Source: Mobula hypostoma (taxonomy: Eukaryota). Taken from it: a stretch of 64,000 nt of DNA. The stretch lies in the NCBI RefSeq assembly GCF_963921235.1, contig NC_086097.1, positions 136,650,001 through 136,714,000 of the forward strand, read 5' to 3'. The notes beneath the pieces were generated by a model. It saw only the letters and a list, made by a program, of their open reading frames with translations. It did not search any database and was not told the origin of the DNA. This document shows, piece after piece, positions 1-11,071 of the stretch (its first letter is position 1; each line of letters begins with the position of its first letter). The translations under genes and the position numbers were made by a program.

Positions 1-1505
1 ATTAGTCAGTATGGCTTCGTGTGTGGTAGGTGCTGTCTGACCAGTCTTAAGTTTTTTGAGGAAGTTGCCAGGAAAGTTGATGAAGGCAAAGCAATGGATG
101 TTGTCTACATGGCAAAGCATTTGCCAAGGTCCCTCACAGGAGGTTGGTCAAGAAGGTTCAGTCACTTGGCATTCAAGGTGAGGTGGTAAATTGGATTAGA
201 CACGGCTTTGTGAGAGAAGCCAGAGAGTGGTAGTAGATGGTTGTCTCTCTGACTACAGGCCTTTGACTAGTGGAGTCCCACAGGGATCAGTGCTGGGTCC
301 ATTGTTGTTTGTCATCTATATCAACAATCTAGATGATTATATGGTTAACTGGATCAGCAAATATGTGATGACACCTACATTGGGGCTGTAGTGGACAGTG
401 AGGAAGGCTGACTGTGAGATCTGATCCAGCTGGAAACATGGCAGATGGAATTTAATGCAGACAAGTGCAAGTGTTGCTCCTCAGTAGGGCCACCCAGGGT
501 AGGTCTTGCACAGTGAACGGTACGGCACTGAAGAGTGCGGTAGAACAAAAAGATCTGGGCATACAGCTCCATAAGTCATTGAAAGTGGTGTCACAGGTAG
601 ATAGGACTATAAAGAATGCTTTTGGCACATTGGCCTTCATAAATCAAAGTACTGAGTACAGGAGATGGGGTGTTATGCTGAAGTTGAATAATTTGGAGTA
701 TTGTGTGCAGTTTTGATTACCAGCCTACAGGAAAGATGTAAGTAGTAGTATCCAAGAATCTTCCAGGAACGGTGCCTCAGAAAAGGGGAGTCCATTATTA
801 AGGACCCCCATCACCCAGGACATCATCTCAGCATCACTGTCAGGAGGGAGGTGCACACTCAGCGACTCAGGAGTCGCTTCTTCCCCTCTGCCATCTGATT
901 TCTAAATGGATATTGAACCCATGAACACCATCTCACTTTCTTTTTATTATTTCTGTTTTGCACTATTTTCAATTTAACTATTTAATATACATATGTATTT
1001 ACTGTAATTTTTTTGTGTTTATCACATATTGCATTGTACTGCTGCTGCTAAAATAACAAATTTCACAACATACGCCAATGATATTAAACCTGATTCCGAT
1101 TCTGAACAAGGTTGAAAGCATACAGAGAAAATTTACAGGGCCATTGCCAGGTCTCTAGGACCTGTTATAAGGAAAAATTGAATAGGTAAGGACTTTATTC
1201 CTTGGAAAGTAGACGATTGAGAGGAGAATTGATGGAGGTATGCAAAATTATGAAGGGTATAGACAGGGTAAATGCATGCAGGCTTTTTCCACTGAGGTTG
1301 GGTGGAACTACAACCAGAGGTCATGGGTTAAGGCTGGAAGGTGAGAAGTTTAAGGGGAACATGAAGGGGAACTTCTTCACTCAGTGGGTTGTGAGAGTGC
1401 AGAATGAGCTGCCAGCACAAGTAGTACACACAAGTTCAATTTCAGTGTTTTATGAGAAGCTTGGATAGATACATGGATGGTAGGGATATGGTCTGGATGC
1501 AGGTC
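1..1505 (+). mobile_element. Decayed CR1 LINE (RT to 3' end), interrupted at about 742-1104
   Basis: CR1 ORF2 motifs SGVPQGSVLGP, LEYCVQF, RRLRG and NFFTQ with stops and frameshifts; same family as 28850-30023. Confidence 0.85.
742..1104 (+). mobile_element. Rex1/Babar-type LINE 3' fragment nested in CR1
   Basis: Ends in aaacctgattccgattctga tail and splits CR1 gatgtaa|acaaggttgaaag; a related tail is at 63170-63426. Confidence 0.65.
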
Positions 1506-1611
1506 AGTATTTTTTATATATTTTCACATAATTGTTATATAAAAATTCTGATATCCTCTATATTATCGGCTTTTTTCCTGGTGGGCTCAACCACAAACTG
1601 CCCCAAAAAGC

Positions 1612-3388
1612 GATCTTTTATTGAATTGACTTTACTTCCTACATCCTTCACGTACATGAGGAATAAAAATCTTTACGTTATGTCTCTGTCTACATGTGCA
1701 ATGTGCAATCATAGTAATTTATAATAAACAGAACGGTCAATGTAACATAGAATACACTTAGATCAGTGCAAGTTAATCAGTCTGATGGCCTGGTGGAAGA
1801 AGCTGTCCTGGACCCTGTTGGTCCTGGCTTTTGTGCTGCGGTACAGTTTCCCGGATGGTAGCAGCTGGAATAGATTGTGGTTGGGGTGACTCGTGTCCCC
1901 AATGATCCTACAGGACCTTTGTACACACCTGTCCTTGTAAATGTCCTGAATCATGGGAAGTTCACAACTACCGATGTGGTGGGCTGTCCACACCACTCTC
2001 TGCAGAGTCCTGCGATTTAGGGAGGCACAGTTCCCATACCAGCCAGTCACTACTACTACGTCGACTCAGGCCTAGGGGGCCGGCGTTGGGCACAATGACG
2101 GACTCTCCACTTCTCCCTCTCCCTCATCAGTGTGTTCAGTTCATCTACATTAGCCGCGCCGCTGTCTTCTAGGAGCGTGTTGACCATAGTCTTGGGAGGG
2201 CGCCCAGGGTTCATCCTCCCGTGCTTGGGCTCCCATATGATGACTAGGCTGGCAGGTAGCTCGGGGTGGCGTAGATGGTGCCTCGCTAGTTGCAGTCTTC
2301 TCGCCAGTCAGGATGCTCTCAATTGTGCCCCTGTAGAAAGTTCTTTAGTATGGGCCCCCATATCCAAACTCCCTCAACCGCCCGAGGTGAAAGAGGCGCT
2401 GTTGTGCCTTTTTCCACCACACAGCTGGTGTGTACAGACCATGTGAGGTCCTCGGTGATGTGGATGCCAAGGAACTTAAAGCTGTTTATCCTCTCAACCC
2501 CAGATCTATTGATGTCAATAGGGGTTAGCCCGTCTCCATTCCTCCTGTAATCCACAACCAGCTCCTTTATTTTTGCGACATTGAGGGAGAGGTTGTTTTC
2601 TTGACACCACTGTGTCAGAGAGATGACTTCTTCCCTGTAGGCCACCTCATTATTGTTTGAGATTAGGCCAATCAATGTAGTGTCGTCGGCAAATTTAATT
2701 AGCAGATTGGAGCTGCGGGTGGCGATACAGTCATGGGTATACAGGGAGTAAAGGAGGGGATTCAGTAAACAGCCCTGAGGGGCTCCTGTATTGAGAGTCA
2801 GAGGTTGGAGGTGAGGGAGCCCACTCTTACAACCTGCTGGCGATCCAACAGGAAGTCCAGGATCCAGCTGCACAAGGTAGGGTCAAGGCCGAGGTCTCTG
2901 AGCTCCTTGTCGAGCCTGGATGGAACTATGGTGTTGAATGCTGAACTGTAGTCCAAGAACAGCATTCTCACATAAGCATCCTCCTTCTCCCGATGTGTAA
3001 GGATGGTATGTAGAGCAGTGGCTATCGTGTCGTCTGTCAATCTGTTTTGTCGGTAGGCGAATTTTTGGGGGTCCAGTTTGGGTGGTAGCAAACTGCAGAT
3101 GTATCCCTTGACCAGCCTCTCAAAGCATTTGCTTATTATTGAGGTGAGTGTGACAGGGCACCAGTTGTTCAGGCCTGTTACCTGGGTCACACTGGGAGAG
3201 GGGGGGATTAAAAATATCAGTAAACACACCTGCCGGCTGTGCTGCGCACCTCCTGAGTACTCGCCCCCAGGGCGCTGTCCAGTCCGGCAGGATTGTAACC
3301 GTCCACATGTTGGAAACATCTGCGTCCCTCGGCCTCAGAAATGACCAGGTTGCAGGTTGTAGCGGTGGCTTTCCTCGGAGGCTCAGAG
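1612..3388 (-). mobile_element. Rex1/Babar-type LINE, 5'-truncated
   Basis: ORFs 2319-2873 and 2798-3319 contain VRMLFLDYSSAFNTI, TGAPQG and KFADDTT; C-terminal SFFHQAIRL; (TCAAT)-type tail near 1620. Confidence 0.9.
2050..2302 (-). mobile_element. RTE-clade LINE 3' end nested in Rex1, with 8-bp TSD
   Basis: Translates RRLQLARHHLRHPELPASLVIIWEPKHGRMNPGRPPKTMVNTLLEDSG...WRV; (TAG)n tail; gccagtca duplicated at 2042-2049 and 2303-2310. Confidence 0.8.
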
Positions 3389-4760
3389 TCTACAAATCCC
3401 TTCTCTTTGATCCAGCACCAACCTGATTTTCTCAATCTACCTGCATATTGAAATTCCCCATGACTGTCACAACATTGCCCTTTGACAAGCCTTTTCTGTC
3501 TCCATTTGTGTTTTGCAGCCCACACCCTGGTTACTGTTCAGAGGCTGATGTATAACTCCCATCAGGATCTTTACATTTGAAATTTCTTAACTCTACCTGC
3601 AAGGGTTCTACTTCCTCTGATCCTATGTCACTTCCAAGCATTTGATTTTGTGTTATACCCACAAAGCCACCCACATCTTTGCCCAATTGCCTGTCCTCTC
3701 GATACGATATATATTCTTGGATGTTGTGCTCCCAGCTGTGATCACCTTTCAATCATAAAAGTTGGAGTATTCTGTACAGTTCTGGTCACCGAGTTATAGG
3801 AAAGATGTCAACAAAATAGGGAGAGTACAGAGAGGATTTACTAGAATGTTACCTGGGTTTCATCACCTAAGTTACGGAGAAAGGTTGAACAAGTTGCGTC
3901 TTTATTCTTTGGAGCGTAGAAGGTTGAGGGGGAACTTGATAGAGGTGTTTAAAATTATGAGGGGGATAGGTAGAGTTGACGTGGATAGGCTTTTTCCATT
4001 GAGAGTGGGGGATATTGAAACAAGGGCAAAAGTTTAGGGGTAACATGAGGGGGAACTTCTTTACTCAGAGAGTGGTAGCTGTGTGAAACGAGCTTCCAGC
4101 AGAAGTGGTTGAGGCAGGTTCGATGTTGTCATTTAAAGTTAAATTGAACAGCTATATGGACAGAAAAGGAATGGAGGGTTATAGGCTGAGTGCAGGTCGG
4201 TGGGACTTGGTGAGAGGAAAAGTTCGGCACGCACTAGAAGGGCCGAGATGGCCTGTTTCCATGCAGTAATTGTTATATGCTTATAACTCTGTCATGCCCA
4301 CAACTGCATACCTGCCAATTTCTATCTTTGCTACAAGACCATCTACCCTATTTTGTACAGTGTGTGTTCAAATTTAACACTTCCAGTCCGGTACTCACCA
4401 TTCTTCTATAATTTGTCTTCTAATTGCCTGAAGTTAAATTTGTGTTCCTTTCTGAGTATTTTGTCTAATTCTTTATTCTGGAGACTTAAGTAATTTCTCC
4501 TGTGCTCTTCTTTCCTTTTGCTTTGTCCATACTTTTCCAAGCTGTTGAACCCAGCACCCTACTATTCATTTAAAACCCCATCAGGAGCCCCAGTTGCACA
4601 ATTCACCAGGATCCTGGTCCCAGCATGGTTTAGGTGGAGACTCCCCCCATCTGAACAGCTCCCTCCTTCCCCAATACTGGTGCCAATGATACTACTACTC
4701 CTGGTACTGAAGTGATACGTGCAGCTGTGATCTGCCTCATTGGCCCAAGCACTGCCCACT
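3389..4760 (-). mobile_element. Old CR1 fragment (ORF1/endonuclease region) split by a younger CR1
   Basis: Decayed APE-type motifs (SWEHNIQ, cf. WELNIQG; HGEF for GDF); sequence resumes after 4285. Confidence 0.6.
3758..4285 (+). mobile_element. CR1 LINE 3' fragment
   Basis: EYSVQFWSPSYRKD...LYSLERRRLRGNLIEVFKIM; 3'UTR ending ttgttatatgcttata. Confidence 0.85.
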
Positions 4761-4961
4761 CAATAACAACTGACAGAAAACAGCATCTGTGGTTTATGGC
4801 CTGACCTCTTGATTGTGATTGGACAATTATTTGTAAGAGACTACGCCATGAAGCAAAGTAGCAGAGACTGTAAGTGTACAGATCTTTGTTGCATAAAAAA
4901 CCCTGATATAATTTTAAATATTTAATTTGTGTGATATTTTATGTACTATACGTTATATTGT

Positions 4962-7797
4962 TATTAATGATTATGATATAGTTGGGATCACAGAGACATG
5001 ACTCCAGGGTGACCAGGGATGGGAGCTCAACGTTCAGGGATATTCAATATTCAGGAGGGATAGACATGAAGGAAGGGGAGGTGGGGTGGCGTTGCTGGTT
5101 AAAGAAGAGATTAACGCAATAGAAAGGAAGGACATAAGCCGGGAAGATGTGGAATCGATATGGGTAGAGCTGCGTAACACTAAGGGGCAGAAGACGCTGG
5201 TGGGAGTTGTGTACAGGCCACCAAACAGTAGTAGTGAGGTCGGAGATGGTATTAAACAGGAAATTAGAAATGTGTGCAATAAAGGAACAGCAGTTATAAT
5301 GGGTGACTTCAATCTACATGTAGATTGGGTGAACCAAATTGGTAAAGGTGCTGAGGAAGAGGATTTCTTGGAATGTATGCGGGATGGTTTTTTGAACCAA
5401 CATGTCGAGGAACCAACTAGAGAGCAGGCTATTCTGGACTGGGTTTTGAGCAATGAGGAAGGGTTAGTTAGCGATCTTGTCGTGAGAGGCCCCTTGGGTA
5501 AGAGTGACCATAATATGGTGGAATTCTTCATTAATATGGAGAGTGACATAGTTAATTCAGAAACAAAGGTTCTGAACTTAAAGAGGGGTAACTTTGAAGG
5601 TATGAGACGTGAATTAGCTAAGATAGACTGGCAAATGACACTTAAAGGATTGACGGTGGATATGCAATGGCAAGCATTTCAAGGTTGCATGGATGAACTA
5701 CAACAATTGTTCATCCCAGTTTGGCAAAAGAATAAATCAAGGAAGGTAGTGCACCTGTGGCTGACAAGAGAAATTAGGGATAGTATCAATTCCAAAGAAG
5801 TAGCATACAAATTAGCCAGAGAAAGTGGCTCACCTGAGGACTGGGAGAAATTCAGAGTTCAGCAGAGGAGGACAAAGGGCTTAATTAGGAAGGGGAAAAA
5901 AGATTATGAGAGAAAACTGGCGGGGAACATAAAAACGGACTGTAAAAGCTTTTATAGATATGTAAAAAGGAAAAGACTGGTAAAGACAAATGTAGGTCCC
6001 CTGCAGACAGAAACAGGTGAATTGATTATGGGGAGCAAGGACATGGCAGACCAATTGAATAATTACTTTGGTTCTGTCTTCACTAAGGAGGACATAAATA
6101 ATCTTCCAGAAATAGTAAGGGACAGAGGGTCCAGTGAGATGGAGGAACTGAGTGAAATACATGTTAGTAGGGAAGTGGTGTTAGGTAAATTGAAGGGATT
6201 GAAGGCAGATAAATCCCCAGGGCCAGATGGTCTGCATCCCAGAGTGCTTAAGGAAGTAGCCCAAGAAATAGTGGATGCATTAGTGATAATTTTTCAAAAC
6301 TCGTTAGATTCTGGACTAGTTCCTGAGGATTGGAGGGTGGCTAATGTAACCCCACTTTTTAAAAAAGGAGGGAGAGAGAAACCGGGGAATTATAGACCGG
6401 TTAGCCTAACGTCGGTGGTGGGGAAACTGCTGGAGTCAGTTATCAAGGATGTGATAACAGCACATTTGGAAAGTGGTGAAATGATCGGACAAAGTCAGCA
6501 TGGATTTGTGAAAGGAAAATCATGTCTGACGAATCTCATAGAATTTTTTGAGGATGTAACTAGTAGAGTGGATAGGGGAGAACCAGTGGATGTGGTATAT
6601 TTGGATTTTCAAAAGGCTTTTGACAAGGTCCCACACAGGAGATTAGTGTGCAAACTTAAAGCACACGGTATTGGGGGTAAGGTATTGGTGTGGGTGGAGA
6701 ATTGGTTAGCAGACAGGAAGCAAAGAGTGGGAATAAATGGGACCTTTTCAGAATGGCAGGCGGTGACTAGTGGGGTACCGCAAGGCTCAGTGCTGGGACC
6801 CCAGTTGTTTACAATATATATTAATGACTTGGATGAGGGAATTAAATGCAGCATCTCCAAGTTTGCGGATGACACGAAGCTGGGTGGCAGTGTTAGCAGT
6901 GAGGAGGATGCTAAGAGGATGCAGGGTGACTTGGATAGGTTGGGTGAGTGGGCAAACTCATGGCAGATGCAATTTAATGTGGATAAATGTGAAGTTATCC
7001 ACTTTGGTGGCAAAAATAGGAAAACAGATTATTATCTGAATGGTGGCCGATTAGGAAAAGGGGAGGTGCAACGAGACCTGGGTGTCATTATACACCAGTC
7101 ATTGAAAGTGGGCATGCAGGTACAGCAGGTGGTGAAAAAGGCGAATGGTATGCTGGCATTTATAGCAAGAGGATTTGAGTACAGGAGCAGGGAGGTACTA
7201 CTGCAGTTGTACAAGGCCTTGGTGAGACCACACCTGGAGTATTGTGTGCAGTTTTGGTCCCCTAATCTGAAGAAAGACATCTTTGCCATAGAGGGAGTAC
7301 AAAGAAGGTTCACCAGATTGATTCCTGGGATGGCAGGACTTTCATATGAAGAAAGACTGGATGAACTGGGCTTGTACTCGTTGGAATTTAGAAGATTGAG
7401 GGGGGATCTGATTGAAACGTATAAGATCCTAAAGGGATTGGACAGGCTAGATGCGGGAAGATTGTTCCCGATGTTGGGGAGGTCCAGAACGAGGGGTCAC
7501 AGTTTGAGGATAGAGGGGAAGCCTTTTAGGACCGAGATTAGGAAAAACTTCTTCACACAGAGAGTGGTGAATCTGTGGAATTCTCTGCCACAGGAAACTG
7601 TTGAGGCCAGTTCATTGGCTATGTTTAAGAAGGAGTTAGATATGGCCCTTGTGGCTACAGGGGTCAGGGGGTATGGAGGGAAGGCTGGGGCGGGGTTCTG
7701 AGTTGGATGATCAGCCATGATCATAATAAATGGCGGTGCAGGCTCGAAGGGCCGAATGGCCTACTCCTGCACCTATTTTCTATGTTTCTACGTTTCT
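4962..7797 (+). mobile_element. Young CR1 LINE with near-complete ORF2 (APE endonuclease + RT), 5'-truncated
   Basis: ORF 5086-7701 (871 aa) with VYRPP, GDFN, SDH, YRPVSL, YLDFQKAFD, SGVPQGSVLGP and FADD. The frame is open from 5002 after one TGG>TGA at 4999-5001; 3'UTR ends in a (tatgtttc)-type tail. Confidence 0.96.
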
Positions 7798-8839
7798 AGA
7801 ATGTAATACGTAATGTTTAATGGTATTGTTTCTTCTTGTAAAGAGACGCTGGGATGAAGTGTCTACCCACAGCCAATGGTTGCAGTCTGGCCAGCCTCCC
7901 AGTCCACTGCTGTTCCCTGTGATTCCAGCGGCAGTACACTGTCATGTTGCAGAGAGGGTGTCTGATGCCCTTGCATGCTGCAGGTAGCTTTTACACCAGG
8001 GAGGGCCAACAATCAGTGACCTCATTCATACCACTGCAGTCAGTTACCTTAGGGAGAAACGAGAGTCTATTTTAATGTTGTTAACTGTCTCTGAGTATCA
8101 GAAAAGTTTTCAAAGGCTAGTAAGGTTTGACTTGGCCAGTCTCCCTCTTCTGAGAAAGGTGCAGGCAAGTAGGAAGGAGAGCAGATGGTTGGTCAGGTAC
8201 GTTGCGTGCACGTGAGCTCGCTGTGAGCCACACCCCTGCCAGCTTGCAGAATTTCCAGGATTTGTATTGCGACTTGAACTTTAATTGAAATCTCATGTCA
8301 CGTTAGCACTACAGCGATGGGGGCGGTTTGATTTTTATTCTGCCACCTCCTGGAGGCCAGGGGCTGTGCCGGATTTGCTGATATACATTTGCCAGGTTAA
8401 ATCAATCAAGAGTATGTTAAACTGCATGTTCTGTGAATGCGAAGATCCTATGTTTCAGGAAGTGAAAATAGTCTATACAGTATTTAATTAAAAGGCATGA
8501 ACTAGATGTGCCATTTCTAATACGTTGTTGTAAAAAAGTGTTTCCCAATAAATATCTGCAAATACTGCAGTCTGCTTGTATCTCCTGTAGCCTTAGTTAA
8601 AGTAGTGGTTAATATCCTTTTTACTTCTGATAGATAATAGGGGTGAGGAGAGCATTTGATATCTATCTTGCACCATAGATTCTTCCACACAAATGCAGTC
8701 AATAATCTTCTCCTCTCACTTGCAGTTCTTTGAAATATCACCATGGACCTAATTTATTTGCATGAAAGATGCCCTTGACTTGTATAGTCACTTATTTGTG
8801 TTGAGAGTTTACTACTGTAAACATAATGCTCTTTCTGTT

Positions 8840-8998
8840 ATCCCTTACTCACTCTTCCTTCAGTTAGTCCTGACGAAGGGCCTCGGCCTGAAACATCGAC
8901 TGCACCTCTTCCTAGAGAGGCTGCCTGGCCTGCTGCGTTCACCAGCAACTTTTATGTGTGTTGCTTGAATTTCCAGCATCTGCAGAATTCCTGTTGTT
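8840..8998 (+). mobile_element. Short Penelope-derived unit with hammerhead motif, 13-bp TSD
   Basis: agtc-CTGACGA-agggcctcggcct-GAAA-catc-gact at 8866-8901; tgctctttctgtt duplicated at 8827-8839 and 8999-9011. Confidence 0.75.
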
Positions 8999-9309
8999 TG
9001 CTCTTTCTGTTGGTCCACTACCTTCAGCTTGTTCCATCCCAGCCGCCTTGCACTCATTGTAGATCTGTTCATCTAAAACTCTTATCAATCTCCTACTTTG
9101 CACCAAATTCTATTTAATTGTCACCTCCTATGCTACCAAACCTCATGGATTCCTGGTCCATAACTTTCAGGAACACACACAAAGTGCTGGAGGAACTCAC
9201 GAGGTCAGGCAGCATCTATGGGAAAGGAATAGAGAGTCAATGTTTGGGGCTGGGCTCCTTCATCAGTCCTAATGTAGGATCTCGGCCCAAAAATATCGTC
9301 TTAATTCCC

Positions 9310-10660
9310 CATTGTAAGGTGGCTGTCAAGACATTTTGCTGTAACTGCTTTAACGAGGAATTACAAAGTTTTGATCAGTATTGCAAAGAGCAAGTTTAAT
9401 GAATATTACGATTCAATCAGCAACTACTGCCTGAAGATTTTGACCAATCGATAATATCGAATAGCATTAACTGTCCTTAACAATGTTTTAGAAAACCTGA
9501 CATCTTTGTAAATTCCTTCAGGAAAGCTATTTGAATACAATATAAGCACACATCAAAGTTGCTGGTGAACGCAGCAGGCCAGGCAGCGTCTCTAGGAAGA
9601 GGTACTGTCGACGTTTTGGGCTGAGACCCTTTGTCAGGACTAACTGAAATCTCTTACTAGCTCTTCCTTCAGTTAGTCCTGACGAAGGGTCTCGGCCTGA
9701 AACATCGACTGTACCTCTTCCTAGAGATGCTGCCTGGCCTGCTGCGTTCACCAGCAACTTTGATATGTGTTGCTTGAATTTCCAGCATCTGCAGAATTCT
9801 TCGTGTTTACAATAGAAGCACTGCAGTATGCAAACGCAAAAGTTAACAATTTACGGTCCCAGTTCTGTTTATTGGAGTGACAAAGTGAAAGATCTGCTTG
9901 GATTTATAAATTCTGACGTCAATACTGGGCCATTATTATGTGTGTGTAATCACTTGGATAATAGATATTCTGATGGCTTATGAGAATAGCAAGCTTTTGA
10001 CCCTGTTGCTATTGCAAACACAACCAATATGAATTTAGAAGAGAGAACGTTGTATTTTTACAAAATACGACTAAAGTGTTGCCTCAAAAAAATTGCAGCA
10101 TTACTGTGATTTCAAATTTGTTGTTTCTGGGTAAGTTAAGACTGGTTCAATCAAGATGTTCACTGTTAAGTTGAACTACATGCCTAGAAAGGAAGAATTT
10201 GAAGAACTCTCAATTCTTGACATCGTTGCAAAATTTCAAGCTTCTAGTGCTGACTGTGAATGTGGATTCAGTCTTATGAATTCAATCAAATGTAAGTCCA
10301 GAAATGGACCAGAAGTGAAACATTTGGTTGATCTAATGAGGATTAAGACTCGTCTTTCATCTGGATGTGTAATTAATGTGGGCAGTGTTTATAGACAATT
10401 GATTTGTAATAAAGACAGACAGGGAGAAGTTTACGAAACATGAAAGATTTTCTCTGTTGTATGGCGTTTCATTGTACCCTTCAATTAATAAATAAAATCA
10501 GAAGTGTGTGATTTTTCAATCTAAATATTCATAGTATGCATATTACAAAAAAATTTAAGTGCTGCACAGTTTTCAGTCCGTGTATATATTTAAAAAAAAT
10601 TTCCAGCTCAGAGCATGGTTGCTCTGCTCAGCTATAAAAATAAATTAGAGAATACGTTGC
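9310..10660 (+). mobile_element. hAT transposon remnant (C-terminal dimerisation domain)
   Basis: ORF 10156-10443 ASSADCECGFSLMNSIKCKSRN...LMRIK fits the hAT SSA.CER.FS.M..IK...RNRL motif; boundaries approximate. Confidence 0.7.
9550..9807. mobile_element. Fold-back Penelope-derived element with two inverted hammerhead motifs, 14-bp TSD
   Basis: Inverted arms 9547-9648 and 9668-9769 with a 19-nt spacer; tacaatataagcac (9536-9549) vs tacaatagaagcac (9808-9821). Confidence 0.8.
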
Positions 10661-10874
10661 TGTGGAGGCAAAGGGATTGACATTTTGGGTCAAGTTCACA
10701 CATTAGGACTCAGGGTCTCAACCCAAAACTAGTTCTTTGCCTCCACAGATGCTACCTGACCTTAAGCTCCTCAATTTGTTTGCTTTTGTAAACAAGTGCC
10801 TCACTGGATACACGACTTTGGGGTGTTTCAATTTTTTCCTAAATATTACTCTAACTATGCATTTCTTTTTATAG

Positions 10875-11071
10875 GTTGCTTCATTCTGGTGCAGCAAGAG
10901 ACTCCCCTCAGCCAGGCGCAGAGCTATCCTTTGCCACTCGAACCGGAACTCGTCAGGGAATCGAAACTCACCTCTTCAGGGTTGAGAACAACTCCAGTCT
11001 GTCTAACTGGACCAGGCAAATCGTACAGGGCTGCCACAAAGCAGTGGAACTCATTAAAGAAGTCACAACCA
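10875..11071 (+). CDS. SNTB1: Beta-1-syntrophin internal exon (PH2 domain region)
   Basis: tttcttttttatag|G...ACCA|gtgagt; 197 nt. Encodes (R)LLHSGAARDSPQPGAELSFATRTGTRQGIETHLFRVENNSSLSNWTRQIVQGCHKAVELIKEVTT, matching the syntrophin motif SFATRTGTRQGIETHLFR. Joins the next exon in frame. Confidence 0.95.

Noticed and set aside
4999..5001. In-frame TGA as selenocysteine or readthrough
   Set aside because: It falls at the conserved Trp of the CR1 ITETW motif; a simple TGG>TGA mutation.
5034..7313. Antisense ORFs over CR1 copies (also 48370-49125 and 56486-58400)
   Set aside because: Shadow frames of CR1 ORF2, repeated only because the element is repeated.
5086..7701. Domesticated RT gene or prokaryotic retron/group II intron RT
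   Set aside because: Standard CR1 ORF2 with 5' truncation, 3' tail and near-identical disrupted sister copies.
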